This document shows positions 28,336 to 37,497 of a DNA stretch of 64,000 nucleotides, in pieces. The stretch is from a virus. Taxonomy: Duplodnaviria; Heunggongvirae; Uroviricota; Caudoviricetes. Position numbers and translations under genes: made by a program. The DNA lies in IMG/VR virus record IMGVR_UViG_3300045597_000172; one strand, written 5' to 3'. The notes below the pieces were generated by a model. The model saw only the letters and a list, made by a program, of their open reading frames with translations, was not told where the DNA came from and searched no databases. Position 1 is the stretch's first letter. Each line of letters starts with the position of its first letter.

Positions 28336-28770
28336 ATGAGTTTAACTAACAAACAAGAATATTACAAAGAAGCATCCCGCCACGAGTTTTGTGACAGTAA
28401 TTTCCAAAATTTAATCAAGGATGTTCAAAACGGAAAATTCGGAAAAGATGCTATTTTTATCAGATATCAAGCTAAAGAAGAATACACAGCTAAAGACCGA
28501 AAATCCCAAACTGAAAAATTAAATGGTTTGAAGAACAATCGAGATTTTAACCTTGGACTCAAACGTGATTTGAAAGGTGATACTTTTACTATTCTAAGCA
28601 ATACTAAAATTGACACAAAGCAAATCAGAGAAGATTATTTCATTGATGAAACATATACACCAGAATCCGATCCAGATGATGAGTTCATTGATCCAACCCA
28701 ATTTGGATACAAATTTGTGTTAGAAGGATTTTATGACGGTATTGGCATTGAGTCGTATACTAATTTCTAA
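28336..28770 (+). CDS. hypothetical protein
   Basis: 144 aa ORF. Confidence 0.65.
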   Translation: MSLTNKQEYYKEASRHEFCDSNFQNLIKDVQNGKFGKDAIFIRYQAKEEYTAKDRKSQTEKLNGLKNNRDFNLGLKRDLKGDTFTILSNTKIDTKQIREDYFIDETYTPESDPDDEFIDPTQFGYKFVLEGFYDGIGIESYTNF

Positions 28771-28787
28771 AAAAGGATGAAGACTAA

Positions 28788-28976
28788 ATGATTGATAACG
28801 AAATAAAAACTATCATTGAAACTGCGTATAAAAACATGCAAGATATCGCACCGGAATACGCAGAAAAGAAATTATCAAAAACCGAAGAACAAGCATTGTT
28901 CAAGAAAATTCTAAAAGCAATGACCATGAAACAATGCATCCGTGAGGAAATCAGATATCAAGCGGAGATACAATAA
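28788..28976 (+). CDS. hypothetical protein
   Basis: AAGGA RBS, 62 aa. Confidence 0.65.
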   Translation: MIDNEIKTIIETAYKNMQDIAPEYAEKKLSKTEEQALFKKILKAMTMKQCIREEIRYQAEIQ

Positions 28977-28993
28977 GAAAAGAGCATCATATC

Positions 28994-29446
28994 ATGACCC
29001 GAAACATTACTGAACTTGAAGAAAAAATGGTTATCAAAAAAGATAACTTTAAACCCATTACCACAGCATTAACAACATTTGCAAAGCCTAAATTAAAGAA
29101 TAAGCCTTATTATTCGGTGGTTCTTGCAGAAAATGTGAAAGTCACAGATAAAAATGCCGCAAACATTTACTTCGGTCAAGAAATAACTGAAACTAACGAT
29201 CTCATAACAATTTTAGAAAACATGATGTTTGAACCCGAATTCAACAAAAATGGCGATCTAACTATAATGCGTTATGTTGGCGAAAGTTTATATAACGCAT
29301 TTGAAGAATTCTTTGACATTGTTGCACCATTTGTTGAACCGGGTTCACATATATCATTTGAAGGAGAAAACCAAGAATTTTTCCAATATGCCTTTGACGG
29401 TAAAACAATGCGTGAAAAAGCTGGAACCATTACATGGGAAGATTAA
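28994..29446 (+). CDS. phage-type hypothetical protein
   Basis: APFVEPGSHISFEGE motif. Confidence 0.7.
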   Translation: MTRNITELEEKMVIKKDNFKPITTALTTFAKPKLKNKPYYSVVLAENVKVTDKNAANIYFGQEITETNDLITILENMMFEPEFNKNGDLTIMRYVGESLYNAFEEFFDIVAPFVEPGSHISFEGENQEFFQYAFDGKTMREKAGTITWED

Positions 29447-29475
29447 AAAATCAATTAAAAAAGGAGCTATGACTT

Positions 29476-29655
29476 ATGACCACCGCCCTTTGTATTACCG
29501 CATTAATATTACTGGGCATTGCTTTTCTACTATATCTACTACCCGTAATAATCGAAATTGAGGATGTCAATCTCGAAAAATATACTGAACCAATCTCATT
29601 AAGTCTTACCATTATCGTTTGTGTTATTGGATTATATCTGCAAATTAACCAATAA
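29476..29655 (+). CDS. small 2-TM membrane protein (59 aa, not in ORF track)
   Basis: AAGGAG at 29461; MTTALCITALILLGIAFLLYLLPVII...LSLTIIVCVIGLYLQINQ. Confidence 0.7.
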   Translation: MTTALCITALILLGIAFLLYLLPVIIEIEDVNLEKYTEPISLSLTIIVCVIGLYLQINQ

Positions 29656-29683
29656 ATAATAAATAGAGAAAGGAGAATTACTT

Positions 29684-30361
29684 ATGTGTGAAATATCACC
29701 TAGTACAAAACTCATCCAAGAAAATTTTAATGAAACCGTAAAAAGTGCTAAAAAACTCTTTAACAAAAATAAATTCAGAACTATCTTTACAAAATCGGGA
29801 AGATTGACGTTGGTTGAATTTCATGACGAAAACAACAGCATGATGTACAGTATTAAATTCATTTTTGACAAGAAAGATTCAACCCTTTATATTTCTGGAG
29901 ATCTAGGTTCTGCTATATTTTCATGGTACTCAAGTCGTAATTCATTTTGGACACTTACCAAGTTTGCAAAAGACACTGGATACTTTATAAACAAACGTGA
30001 AACTGATACAAACATCCATGTTTATAATTCAGATCTAGCTAGACTGCAAATCATAGAAACCTATGCTGAATTCAAGGGAATTAACATTAACAAACTTAAT
30101 TCAGACGACTTAAAAAAGCTAGTCGAAAATGAAGAACCATTAACAGAATTTTTTGAAATGGATTTTATAAATGACGATGAACCAATGGACATGTCAACAA
30201 TTCAAAAATTACACAATGATGTATATCATGCAGTGTCTAATCAAGACTGGGTTGATGATGAAACAGACTATGGACGATTATTAGGTCCTCGACCAATCGT
30301 TTGGTTAACCGCCCTAACCGAAATAAAAAATCATCCAATCACATTCGTACCAAGCAAGTAA
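29684..30361 (+). CDS. phage-type hypothetical protein
   Basis: LYISGDLGSAIFSW motif; AAGGAG RBS. Confidence 0.7.
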   Translation: MCEISPSTKLIQENFNETVKSAKKLFNKNKFRTIFTKSGRLTLVEFHDENNSMMYSIKFIFDKKDSTLYISGDLGSAIFSWYSSRNSFWTLTKFAKDTGYFINKRETDTNIHVYNSDLARLQIIETYAEFKGININKLNSDDLKKLVENEEPLTEFFEMDFINDDEPMDMSTIQKLHNDVYHAVSNQDWVDDETDYGRLLGPRPIVWLTALTEIKNHPITFVPSK

Positions 30362-30416
30362 CGGTATAATAAATGTATACTAACCAAAATAATAAAGAAG
30401 CAGAAAGGAATAAATC

Positions 30417-31730
30417 ATGACAAAAACTGTAAAAGAACCTGAAATTATCACGCAAGATGACACTCAAAATGAACCAATTCTATTGAACCTCCAAAAAGAT
30501 AGTTTGAGTGTAAATCAAGCATTCCAGAAAGTCTTAGCCGAAGTACCAGACATTGTCAAACGAAGCGAAACCTTACTCAAAACGGATGTTAATGAAATCA
30601 ACGAAGATGAAATGACCGAACTTAATCGTGATATTAAACCAATCACCGATTACGAAAAGAAATTCACAGAATTCCGTAAGCAAATTAAGAATCGTCTTCA
30701 AGAACGTGATGAACTCGTACTTAATAGCCTAGATCAAACCTTGAATGCTGCTGGATTTGACAAGATTCCAGCGATGACCAAAAAGTTACGACAACTACAA
30801 AAAGATTTTAAAGCAAACCGTGCAAACCAGCGTTGGGAACAGCTTGAAGAACTCTTCAACGCCCAAATGGATACTTATCCCGAACTACAAAAATATGCAC
30901 CGGAAACATTGGGTAATTTCAACTATTATCGTGTTCATCACGCTAATATGGTATCTGAAGCAAAGACTAAGCCGGTTAACAACGCAACTATCAAGCAACT
31001 TAACGACGATCTAAATAACTACCATACAGATCTTGCGCATTTACTTGATTCAACGCTTAGTCCTGTATACTACAAAAATGTTATTGAACAATATGCTGCT
31101 GAACCAAATACTAACAACATGCTCGGCTTAGTTGAAAAAGCTATGGCTCAACAAATCAAAGACCAAAATGCAAAATTAATCCAAACCATTGAAGTCAAAG
31201 CAAAAGGTGATATCACTAAACTATGGTACGAAAATGAACGGATTAAAGACTTGCTTAACACGCAAAAACCAAAGGAACAAGATCAAGACGAATTCGATAT
31301 TCAGAAATTGAAACTCATGAAGCTGGAAGCAAATGCTATGCTTCGAAATCTCCAATTTGAAAACTTCTTACAAGATGGAAAAATCGAAGACGTAGAATTA
31401 AAATCAACTATCAAGTCATTGATTAAAGATGCATTCGCACGAGTAGAAAGCACCTTAACCAAACAGGCAGCCGATTACAAGATCGAAAAGAAGCCAGTAG
31501 AAAAGCCAAAAGCCGAAGTTAAAGAACCAGTGAAAGAAATTCCATACAAGTGGCTCTTAGACTACTTACAAGTTTCAGGATGGAAAGATATTCACAACCG
31601 TAATTCGATCAAAGTTGCTGTTTTAAGTGATTTATTTAACAATATCCGAAATCCTGAATCAATTTGGCGCGCAAACATTAAGTCAAATAAAGATGTAATC
31701 AATACTGTAAATTACATCACTGGCTTATAA
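30417..31730 (+). CDS. coiled-coil protein (possibly DUF1351-like)
   Basis: 437 aa, heptad-rich; family call tentative. Confidence 0.65.
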   Translation: MTKTVKEPEIITQDDTQNEPILLNLQKDSLSVNQAFQKVLAEVPDIVKRSETLLKTDVNEINEDEMTELNRDIKPITDYEKKFTEFRKQIKNRLQERDELVLNSLDQTLNAAGFDKIPAMTKKLRQLQKDFKANRANQRWEQLEELFNAQMDTYPELQKYAPETLGNFNYYRVHHANMVSEAKTKPVNNATIKQLNDDLNNYHTDLAHLLDSTLSPVYYKNVIEQYAAEPNTNNMLGLVEKAMAQQIKDQNAKLIQTIEVKAKGDITKLWYENERIKDLLNTQKPKEQDQDEFDIQKLKLMKLEANAMLRNLQFENFLQDGKIEDVELKSTIKSLIKDAFARVESTLTKQAADYKIEKKPVEKPKAEVKEPVKEIPYKWLLDYLQVSGWKDIHNRNSIKVAVLSDLFNNIRNPESIWRANIKSNKDVINTVNYITGL

Positions 31731-31753
31731 AATATTTCAAACGAGGTAATTTT

Positions 31754-32179
31754 ATGTATACAGCACAACAAGAACAAAACGCAATCGCATTTTCACATGG
31801 CTGCGAAGACTACTTGCTAAAATTAATAAATTACCAAGCACTGAATTTTGCAACCGGTGTAGACCTTAGCAAAAATCCAGAAATCATGGATAAACTATTA
31901 AATCTCTACCGTAGCAAAGATATGTGTGTTAGTTTTTTAATTGATCACACAGCAAGATCTGCTGGACACTTTCTTGAAGAATTGGACGCAACTCAAATCG
32001 ACCGATTTTTCAAAAATTACGATCCAATCGATTTAGCAGAATTTTTCCAACAAGAAGCTGCCATCAATAATTTCATTTTAGAAAATGAATTTGGAAAAGC
32101 AGATTCGTTTAAAAATGACAAAGAATTCCAAAAATGCTACGAAATTTTCATCAAATTAGCCAAAACTGGAAAACCATAA
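31754..32179 (+). CDS. hypothetical protein
   Basis: GAGGT RBS. Confidence 0.7.
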   Translation: MYTAQQEQNAIAFSHGCEDYLLKLINYQALNFATGVDLSKNPEIMDKLLNLYRSKDMCVSFLIDHTARSAGHFLEELDATQIDRFFKNYDPIDLAEFFQQEAAINNFILENEFGKADSFKNDKEFQKCYEIFIKLAKTGKP

Positions 32180-32180
32180 C

Positions 32181-32211
32181 AAAAAACCCCGCAAATGCGG
32201 GGTTTTATTTT
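32181..32211. terminator. bidirectional terminator at the junction of the two convergent halves
   Basis: AAAACCCCGCA-AA-TGCGGGGTTTT with A/T tails on both sides. Confidence 0.85.
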
Positions 32212-32368
32212 AAACTAAATAATTAAGACTGTTAATACAATCACCATAACTCACATGCTGAGAGACGTATTCTAAGACTATAAAAAGCAACCAGTCGAAC
32301 AACTATACGCCAGAAATCGTTACAATTCGAATCTCAGCACGTCAAAAAACGAAGATCAATCCGAAATT

Positions 32369-33496
32369 CTAAAAATATTTTTCAATGTCAACCGGCGTAG
32401 AAATATCTTTATTTTTAATCATTTTTTTGACATCTTTATACTTAGATTTCAAATCTGACAATTTCTTTGAATTTTCCCGATTCAATGATTTAGGATCTTG
32501 AGCATGAACGGCTTGCAAATTCTCTAAATATGTTGTCTTGGCATCTGCACGCTGATCTTTTTTAGATTTGACAGAAGCATGTTCCGCCTGCTTATTTAAT
32601 TTAGCAACTGCTTTATTATATCTGGTATAAGCTAAATTGGAATCATGACTCAAATTATAATCTAACGATGTCAGCTGATCTTGCAACTTGACAGCTTCAT
32701 TATCGTGAGCATGATCTCCGGGAAGAACATTAATTTTATCTTGGACAACCTGAACTTGTTGATTATAAGTATCTTGTAAAGAATTCAACCTTGCGGACAA
32801 CGCTTCTTGTAACGCCGACTTCTGTGTCGAAACTGATTGTTCACGTTCTTGCAAAGTTGTCTTACCCGATTTAATATTTTTCAAAGCCGCCTGATATGCA
32901 GCATACAATTCATTAGCACCTTTGTTATTATTATCCGTCATACTCTGCTTATTTTCGGAAACTAAATTATCACGACGCAATTTATATTGTGCATAAGCAT
33001 CCTGCAATAAATCATCAATGCTATAAGTTTTAGTAGAATTTGCAACCGTACTAGAAGACGTTACACTTTCAGGAATACTACTAGAACTGCTACTAATACT
33101 ACTTTCAGAAGAACTATCACTACTACTCGACGATGAACTGGAACTAACCGGACTTTCTGAACTCTGAGAAGAAGATGATCTAACAGAATTATCAGACGAC
33201 GCATTCGAAGCAGATGTTACCCGTGAGCTTGATGACCTCGAATCAGAACTAACACTGGAACTACTTGGTTCATGACTTGATTGACTACTTGATGAACTAG
33301 TTATCGACGAACTTGATTCACTACTACTATTGTTACTTTGGCTAGAACTAGTAGAACTACTTTGAGAACTTTCACTACTCGAAGAATCCCATCCCGGACT
33401 AACCGCATAGACCGGCATAGAAACTACTCCAAAACCCAACTGCAAAAGTAAAACTGGAATACTAACACGAAATACCGCTTTTTTTATATTTTTCAA
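32369..33496 (-). CDS. secreted serine-rich protein
   Basis: Signal peptide (...MPVYA), Ser-rich tract of about 120 aa, helical C-terminus. Confidence 0.8.
   Translation of the reverse strand: MKNIKKAVFRVSIPVLLLQLGFGVVSMPVYAVSPGWDSSSSESSQSSSTSSSQSNNSSSESSSSITSSSSSQSSHEPSSSSVSSDSRSSSSRVTSASNASSDNSVRSSSSQSSESPVSSSSSSSSSDSSSESSISSSSSSIPESVTSSSTVANSTKTYSIDDLLQDAYAQYKLRRDNLVSENKQSMTDNNNKGANELYAAYQAALKNIKSGKTTLQEREQSVSTQKSALQEALSARLNSLQDTYNQQVQVVQDKINVLPGDHAHDNEAVKLQDQLTSLDYNLSHDSNLAYTRYNKAVAKLNKQAEHASVKSKKDQRADAKTTYLENLQAVHAQDPKSLNRENSKKLSDLKSKYKDVKKMIKNKDISTPVDIEKYF
33030..33390 (-). repeat. Ser-rich low-complexity coding tract
   Basis: SSSSESSQSSSTSSSQ... encoded by AGT/TCT-rich repeats. Confidence 0.8.
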
Positions 33497-33511
33497 AATG
33501 ACACCCTCTAT

Positions 33512-34297
33512 CTACATTTCAAGTTCAGACTGATAATGCTTAGTCAATTTTTTACGATCAAGTTCAGAATCAGGATGATCTTCAGGAAGTGGGTGATCCT
33601 CAATATAATCATGAACTTCTTTATCTACATCTCGATTTCCCAAAGGAGAAGAAATTTCCTCCGCATCCTCAACTTCGGACTCAGTATCAATCGGATTATT
33701 CTCATCCCGATTTGTAAAAATACGTTGCTTTTCAGCCAAAGTCTGTGTTTTATTTGAAGAATCATCATCATTATGAACATTTTTAACACTCGAATTTCCA
33801 ATCGAATGCTCATCATCTTTAGTTGCAACTTTTTCTTCCCGTAACTTTTCAGCATCTTGCACCGACAAATGCCGAATCTTACCGCCACTACCACCACTTG
33901 TTGATGGTTTAAATCGACGTGCCGCACTATCAAGCCAAGACTGTAATTGTGTTAATGACATTTCATCGAATTGCGGATAAGTACGCATCCACCAATCAAC
34001 TAATTCATTGTTACGCTGCTTTTTAGCGCCCTCAAGTTCTTTCTTTAAATCATTCGCAATTTCATTCCGCTGATCTTGCTGGTCAGATAACTTATCCAAC
34101 TCAGTTCGAGAGCTACTTAAACTATCCTGCAAACTCGATTCTTCGTTATCCAAACTTGTCCTACGATTCTGCAAATTTTCCAATTTTTGCTGTGCTTGTT
34201 TCCGTTTGCGTTCTAATCGATCATGCAACTCACGATCACGCGCTGCTTCTTGATCCAATGCAATCAACTTTGACTGTAACTCATCAAATTTCGACAT
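33512..34297 (-). CDS. coiled-coil hypothetical protein
   Basis: N-terminal heptads; GGAGG RBS. Confidence 0.75.
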   Translation of the reverse strand: MSKFDELQSKLIALDQEAARDRELHDRLERKRKQAQQKLENLQNRRTSLDNEESSLQDSLSSSRTELDKLSDQQDQRNEIANDLKKELEGAKKQRNNELVDWWMRTYPQFDEMSLTQLQSWLDSAARRFKPSTSGGSGGKIRHLSVQDAEKLREEKVATKDDEHSIGNSSVKNVHNDDDSSNKTQTLAEKQRIFTNRDENNPIDTESEVEDAEEISSPLGNRDVDKEVHDYIEDHPLPEDHPDSELDRKKLTKHYQSELEM

Positions 34298-34316
34298 TTC
34301 ACCCGGCCTCCCATAC

Positions 34317-34502
34317 CTAATAATCCTCCATAGTTAAAACGCATGACCGCAACAATTCCAACTCGTTATCATCTAAGTCATGCAAATAAAAAATATCACG
34401 ATGTCTACCTTTTTGTAATTCAATTTGTGAAACCGTTTCTTTAACGAACAAAATATTATTCCGTGAAACATTACCACGTCTAATTACTAACTTGGCCATC
34501 AT
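34317..34502 (-). CDS. hypothetical protein
   Basis: AGGAG RBS, 61 aa. Confidence 0.65.
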   Translation of the reverse strand: MMAKLVIRRGNVSRNNILFVKETVSQIELQKGRHRDIFYLHDLDDNELELLRSCVLTMEDY

Positions 34503-34521
34503 TACATCTCCTTAAAACATC

Positions 34522-34809
34522 TTACTTACCACTAACAAGTTGTTTAAAAGTAGACCCAGCCTTAAATCTAGGGCGACGTTGGGCTTCCACATTAATTTCC
34601 TCGCCGGTAACAACATTCCTAGCTTTACGTGGTTTAAGATCACGAGCTTCAAAATTACCAAATCCCATAATTAAAACCGTATCACCATCCGCAACCGATT
34701 CCATTATGTTTTTAAAAATGCTCCGATAGACATTACTAACTTGATCCAAGGTCAATTCAGCATTATCTTCTTGAACACGTTTTACCAAATTTTTCTTTGC
34801 AATTTTCAT
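34522..34809 (-). CDS. hup: HU/IHF family DNA-binding protein
   Basis: IMGFGNFEAR...RKARNVVTGEEI...PRFKAG. Confidence 0.9.
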   Translation of the reverse strand: MKIAKKNLVKRVQEDNAELTLDQVSNVYRSIFKNIMESVADGDTVLIMGFGNFEARDLKPRKARNVVTGEEINVEAQRRPRFKAGSTFKQLVSGK

Positions 34810-34832
34810 TTTTTCATCACCTATTCATAGCT

Positions 34833-34856
34833 AATTTAATGATATATCATTATATT
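34833..34856 (-). promoter_or_regulatory. -10 box overlapped by 16-bp palindrome (operator-like motif copy 2)
   Basis: Minus strand TATAATGATATATCATTAAATT; perfect palindrome TAATGATATATCATTA 34837-34852. Confidence 0.55.
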
Positions 34857-34921
34857 GAAAACCTATTCCAATTTTACCACGTAACAGCATTCTTTGTCAT
34901 CATGTTTCGATTAAGCGAAAT

Positions 34922-34946
34922 AAAAAACGGAAGCATCAGCTTCCGT
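34922..34946 (-). terminator. Rho-independent terminator
   Basis: ACGGAAGC-TGAT-GCTTCCGT + T run on minus strand. Confidence 0.8.
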
Positions 34947-34953
34947 CAAATAA

Positions 34954-35118
34954 TTAATCATTTAAACATTTTCCGTAATTATAATAAAACCCAATCCAAA
35001 CTGTCGCAATAAAAGAAATCGCAATCAACGGATAAACCAACAACCCATAGATCATTGCGCTATACGAAAATAAAATCATAATTGCAATTACAGGAGTTAT
35101 TTTACGTTTTAACATCAT
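34954..35118 (-). CDS. small membrane protein (54 aa, not in ORF track)
   Basis: MMLKRKITPVIAIMILFSYSAMIYGLLVYPLIAISFIATVWIGFYY...; AGGTGA RBS. Confidence 0.65.
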   Translation of the reverse strand: MMLKRKITPVIAIMILFSYSAMIYGLLVYPLIAISFIATVWIGFYYNYGKCLND

Positions 35119-35120
35119 AA

Positions 35121-36032
35121 TCACCTACCATCTATTGGCAAACGTGTTCGTAGACCATGAAGACAACCAATTCCGAAACCGACATAATGCATAATAACAC
35201 CCAGCAATAATGCAGCACCGGTACTTGTTGCGAATTTAACATCTGACAAACTCGTCCAACGTGCATACAATAAAGCAACTACCAGAAACAAAATCACAAT
35301 CAATACTAATTGAACCCATCGGGATTGGCGTAAATGACGCAAAGTTTGAAATAAGGTAAACCCTAACAAACCATAAATACCAACCGACGCACCAACGATC
35401 GGCGTAATACTATGAGAGACCGCATATAACCACGTTTCTTGTTTTGCTAAGAATTGGGCAACAAAACTAACAACTTCTACAATCAACCACGTAAAGCCAA
35501 TCCCCATCAAATTCAAAACAAACCACTCACGCACAGCCTTTCGTAAAGGTACTTGTAGAAAAAATAAAATTCCGCATAAGATCAAGAACACCAAAATGTT
35601 ACCAAAAAGATGACCCCAACTGGCATGAATAAAACCAGCAAACAAAACACAAATTGCCATAACTACTACCGATGCAATTTTTAAAATAAAACCTAACAAT
35701 AATCCGATTGCACCGTGGGATGTTGCAAACTGAGCGATCCAAGCAGAAACCGGTTTAATAATTGCTATATGCGAAGTTTCACCCATTACAACTGGCCAAT
35801 GCGATAATCCTTTTGCTGAAACACCAGTAAAAATAAGCTCAATCACAAATACTAAAACCCAAATTCCGACTAAAGCAAGTGGCATAAGCCACGAGCCAGC
35901 GCTATCACCCAAACTATCAAACGGACTTGATAAATTTCCTAACTTCCCCGCACTTCCAACATCAGCATCAACATCCTTATTATCATCTAACGTAGGAAAA
36001 TCAAACGGTTCTTTCATATTATTATCTTTCAA
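35121..36032 (-). CDS. rhomboid family intramembrane serine protease
   Basis: HASWGHLFGN, GASVGIYGLLG (catalytic Ser), MHYVGFGIG (catalytic His); probable TTG start 36032. Confidence 0.8.
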   Translation of the reverse strand: MKDNNMKEPFDFPTLDDNKDVDADVGSAGKLGNLSSPFDSLGDSAGSWLMPLALVGIWVLVFVIELIFTGVSAKGLSHWPVVMGETSHIAIIKPVSAWIAQFATSHGAIGLLLGFILKIASVVVMAICVLFAGFIHASWGHLFGNILVFLILCGILFFLQVPLRKAVREWFVLNLMGIGFTWLIVEVVSFVAQFLAKQETWLYAVSHSITPIVGASVGIYGLLGFTLFQTLRHLRQSRWVQLVLIVILFLVVALLYARWTSLSDVKFATSTGAALLLGVIMHYVGFGIGCLHGLRTRLPIDGR

Positions 36033-36168
36033 AACAAATCTCCACCTTCCAATTAAAAAACTAACAATTCTCGTGGCACCCACGAAAACTAGCACTTCAA
36101 TATGTTCAGTATAGCACATTGATAAGTACAAAAAAAGAACGGCATCATTCAGATACCGTTCCAAAATT

Positions 36169-37497
36169 TTAAACTGGATTATCAACAACATCCTTACGCC
36201 AAGATTTTAAATTATGAAGACCCAATTCAATTCCTTGAGCAACCAATTCTGGAGTCGGTTTACTAATTATAGCACCCCTAAAGCCATCAACCGTAGTCAC
36301 AACAGGCAAGCCGTAATGATTAAGCAAACTAGCTTTAATCGTACTTTCATCACCTAACGGTAACCACCAAGCCAACGCACACTGTTTCAAGACCCTAGCC
36401 CGATTTTTACCTACCAAATTACCATGCATTTTGATATGCGAATCTAACTTGTACTTATCAACCAATTGTTTGTACGTTTTCTCAGAAGCCGTTGTAAAAT
36501 AGCCAATCAAATGAATTTTAGCAGCCGGAACTCTTTTTAATATTCCACGAATTTGGTTAATCAACTGCATAACGACGGTATCATTCGCCCAAACACCAAC
36601 GCCAGCAACTCTAATCGGACTATAAAAATCAGACTGTTCGACAGCACTTCCAGTTTTCCAAGGATTGACATATTTAAACTTATAAACATCTGCGACATGT
36701 TGGTTAACGGCAATAACATCGTTACGATTACGCAATTCTTTCACGCGATCTGGGTCAGTTGACTGAATATGTGCAACTTCGGTTAATGCTACCCGATCTT
36801 CCAATTGCGTCCAAACCGGATCTAAATATGGATCATCATTATAAACAGAACCATAATCATTAGCAATCCGTCCATACCACCACAACATTAATGACAATTC
36901 ATTTCTCAATAACCAATTAGGAAGTCCGTGAGTCCCAAGGAGTCGATACATTGTTTTATCAGCCATGTGTGAAATTTCCAAAACAGGCGTTCCATCGACA
37001 TGATAAACCAACTCAATTCCCATCTTACCATCCGGATTAAAATAACGTCTTCGACTTAAAAATCCACGTGCATCATAAAAATCTTCTGCCCACTTGACAT
37101 GGTTTTGATCAAACAATTCAACGCTTTTCGTTCGCATTGTATAACCCGGTAAATAATTAATCTTACCAACTTGCTGACCCATACTCATAACACTAGTATA
37201 ATGGTCATCACCACGATCAACCGGTGATAAAATCGTTTCTCGCTTATCATAACGAGGCAAAACCCGCATATCATAATCAATTCCACGACTTGGAAAATCT
37301 AACGCACCTTGTAGATAATCATACATATTTAAAGATTGATTATCTGATAAACCTAAACGTTCTAATCGGGGATGTAATTCAAAATCCTGTGCCACAGTCA
37401 GCAGTTTCATATTAGAATGTTGTTTAACCCGATTGACCACGTTCTCGCCACGGTCATCTAAAAATTCTGGTAAAATATATAAACTCGAAACTGACAT
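36169..37497 (-). CDS. GT-B glycosyltransferase-like protein (GtfB/TagE-like, possibly non-catalytic partner)
   Basis: EDFYDARGFLSRRRYF repeat domain shared with GtfA/TagE family; no clear EX7E motif. Confidence 0.7.
   Translation of the reverse strand: MSVSSLYILPEFLDDRGENVVNRVKQHSNMKLLTVAQDFELHPRLERLGLSDNQSLNMYDYLQGALDFPSRGIDYDMRVLPRYDKRETILSPVDRGDDHYTSVMSMGQQVGKINYLPGYTMRTKSVELFDQNHVKWAEDFYDARGFLSRRRYFNPDGKMGIELVYHVDGTPVLEISHMADKTMYRLLGTHGLPNWLLRNELSLMLWWYGRIANDYGSVYNDDPYLDPVWTQLEDRVALTEVAHIQSTDPDRVKELRNRNDVIAVNQHVADVYKFKYVNPWKTGSAVEQSDFYSPIRVAGVGVWANDTVVMQLINQIRGILKRVPAAKIHLIGYFTTASEKTYKQLVDKYKLDSHIKMHGNLVGKNRARVLKQCALAWWLPLGDESTIKASLLNHYGLPVVTTVDGFRGAIISKPTPELVAQGIELGLHNLKSWRKDVVDNPV

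Noticed and set aside
1-32179. Intact prophage
   Set aside because: No integrase, terminase, portal, capsid, tail or holin-lysin cassette recognised
33030-33390. CRISPR array or DNA repeat element (also 58685-58880)
   Set aside because: Repeats are in-frame Ser codons with no constant repeat/spacer periodicity; no cas genes
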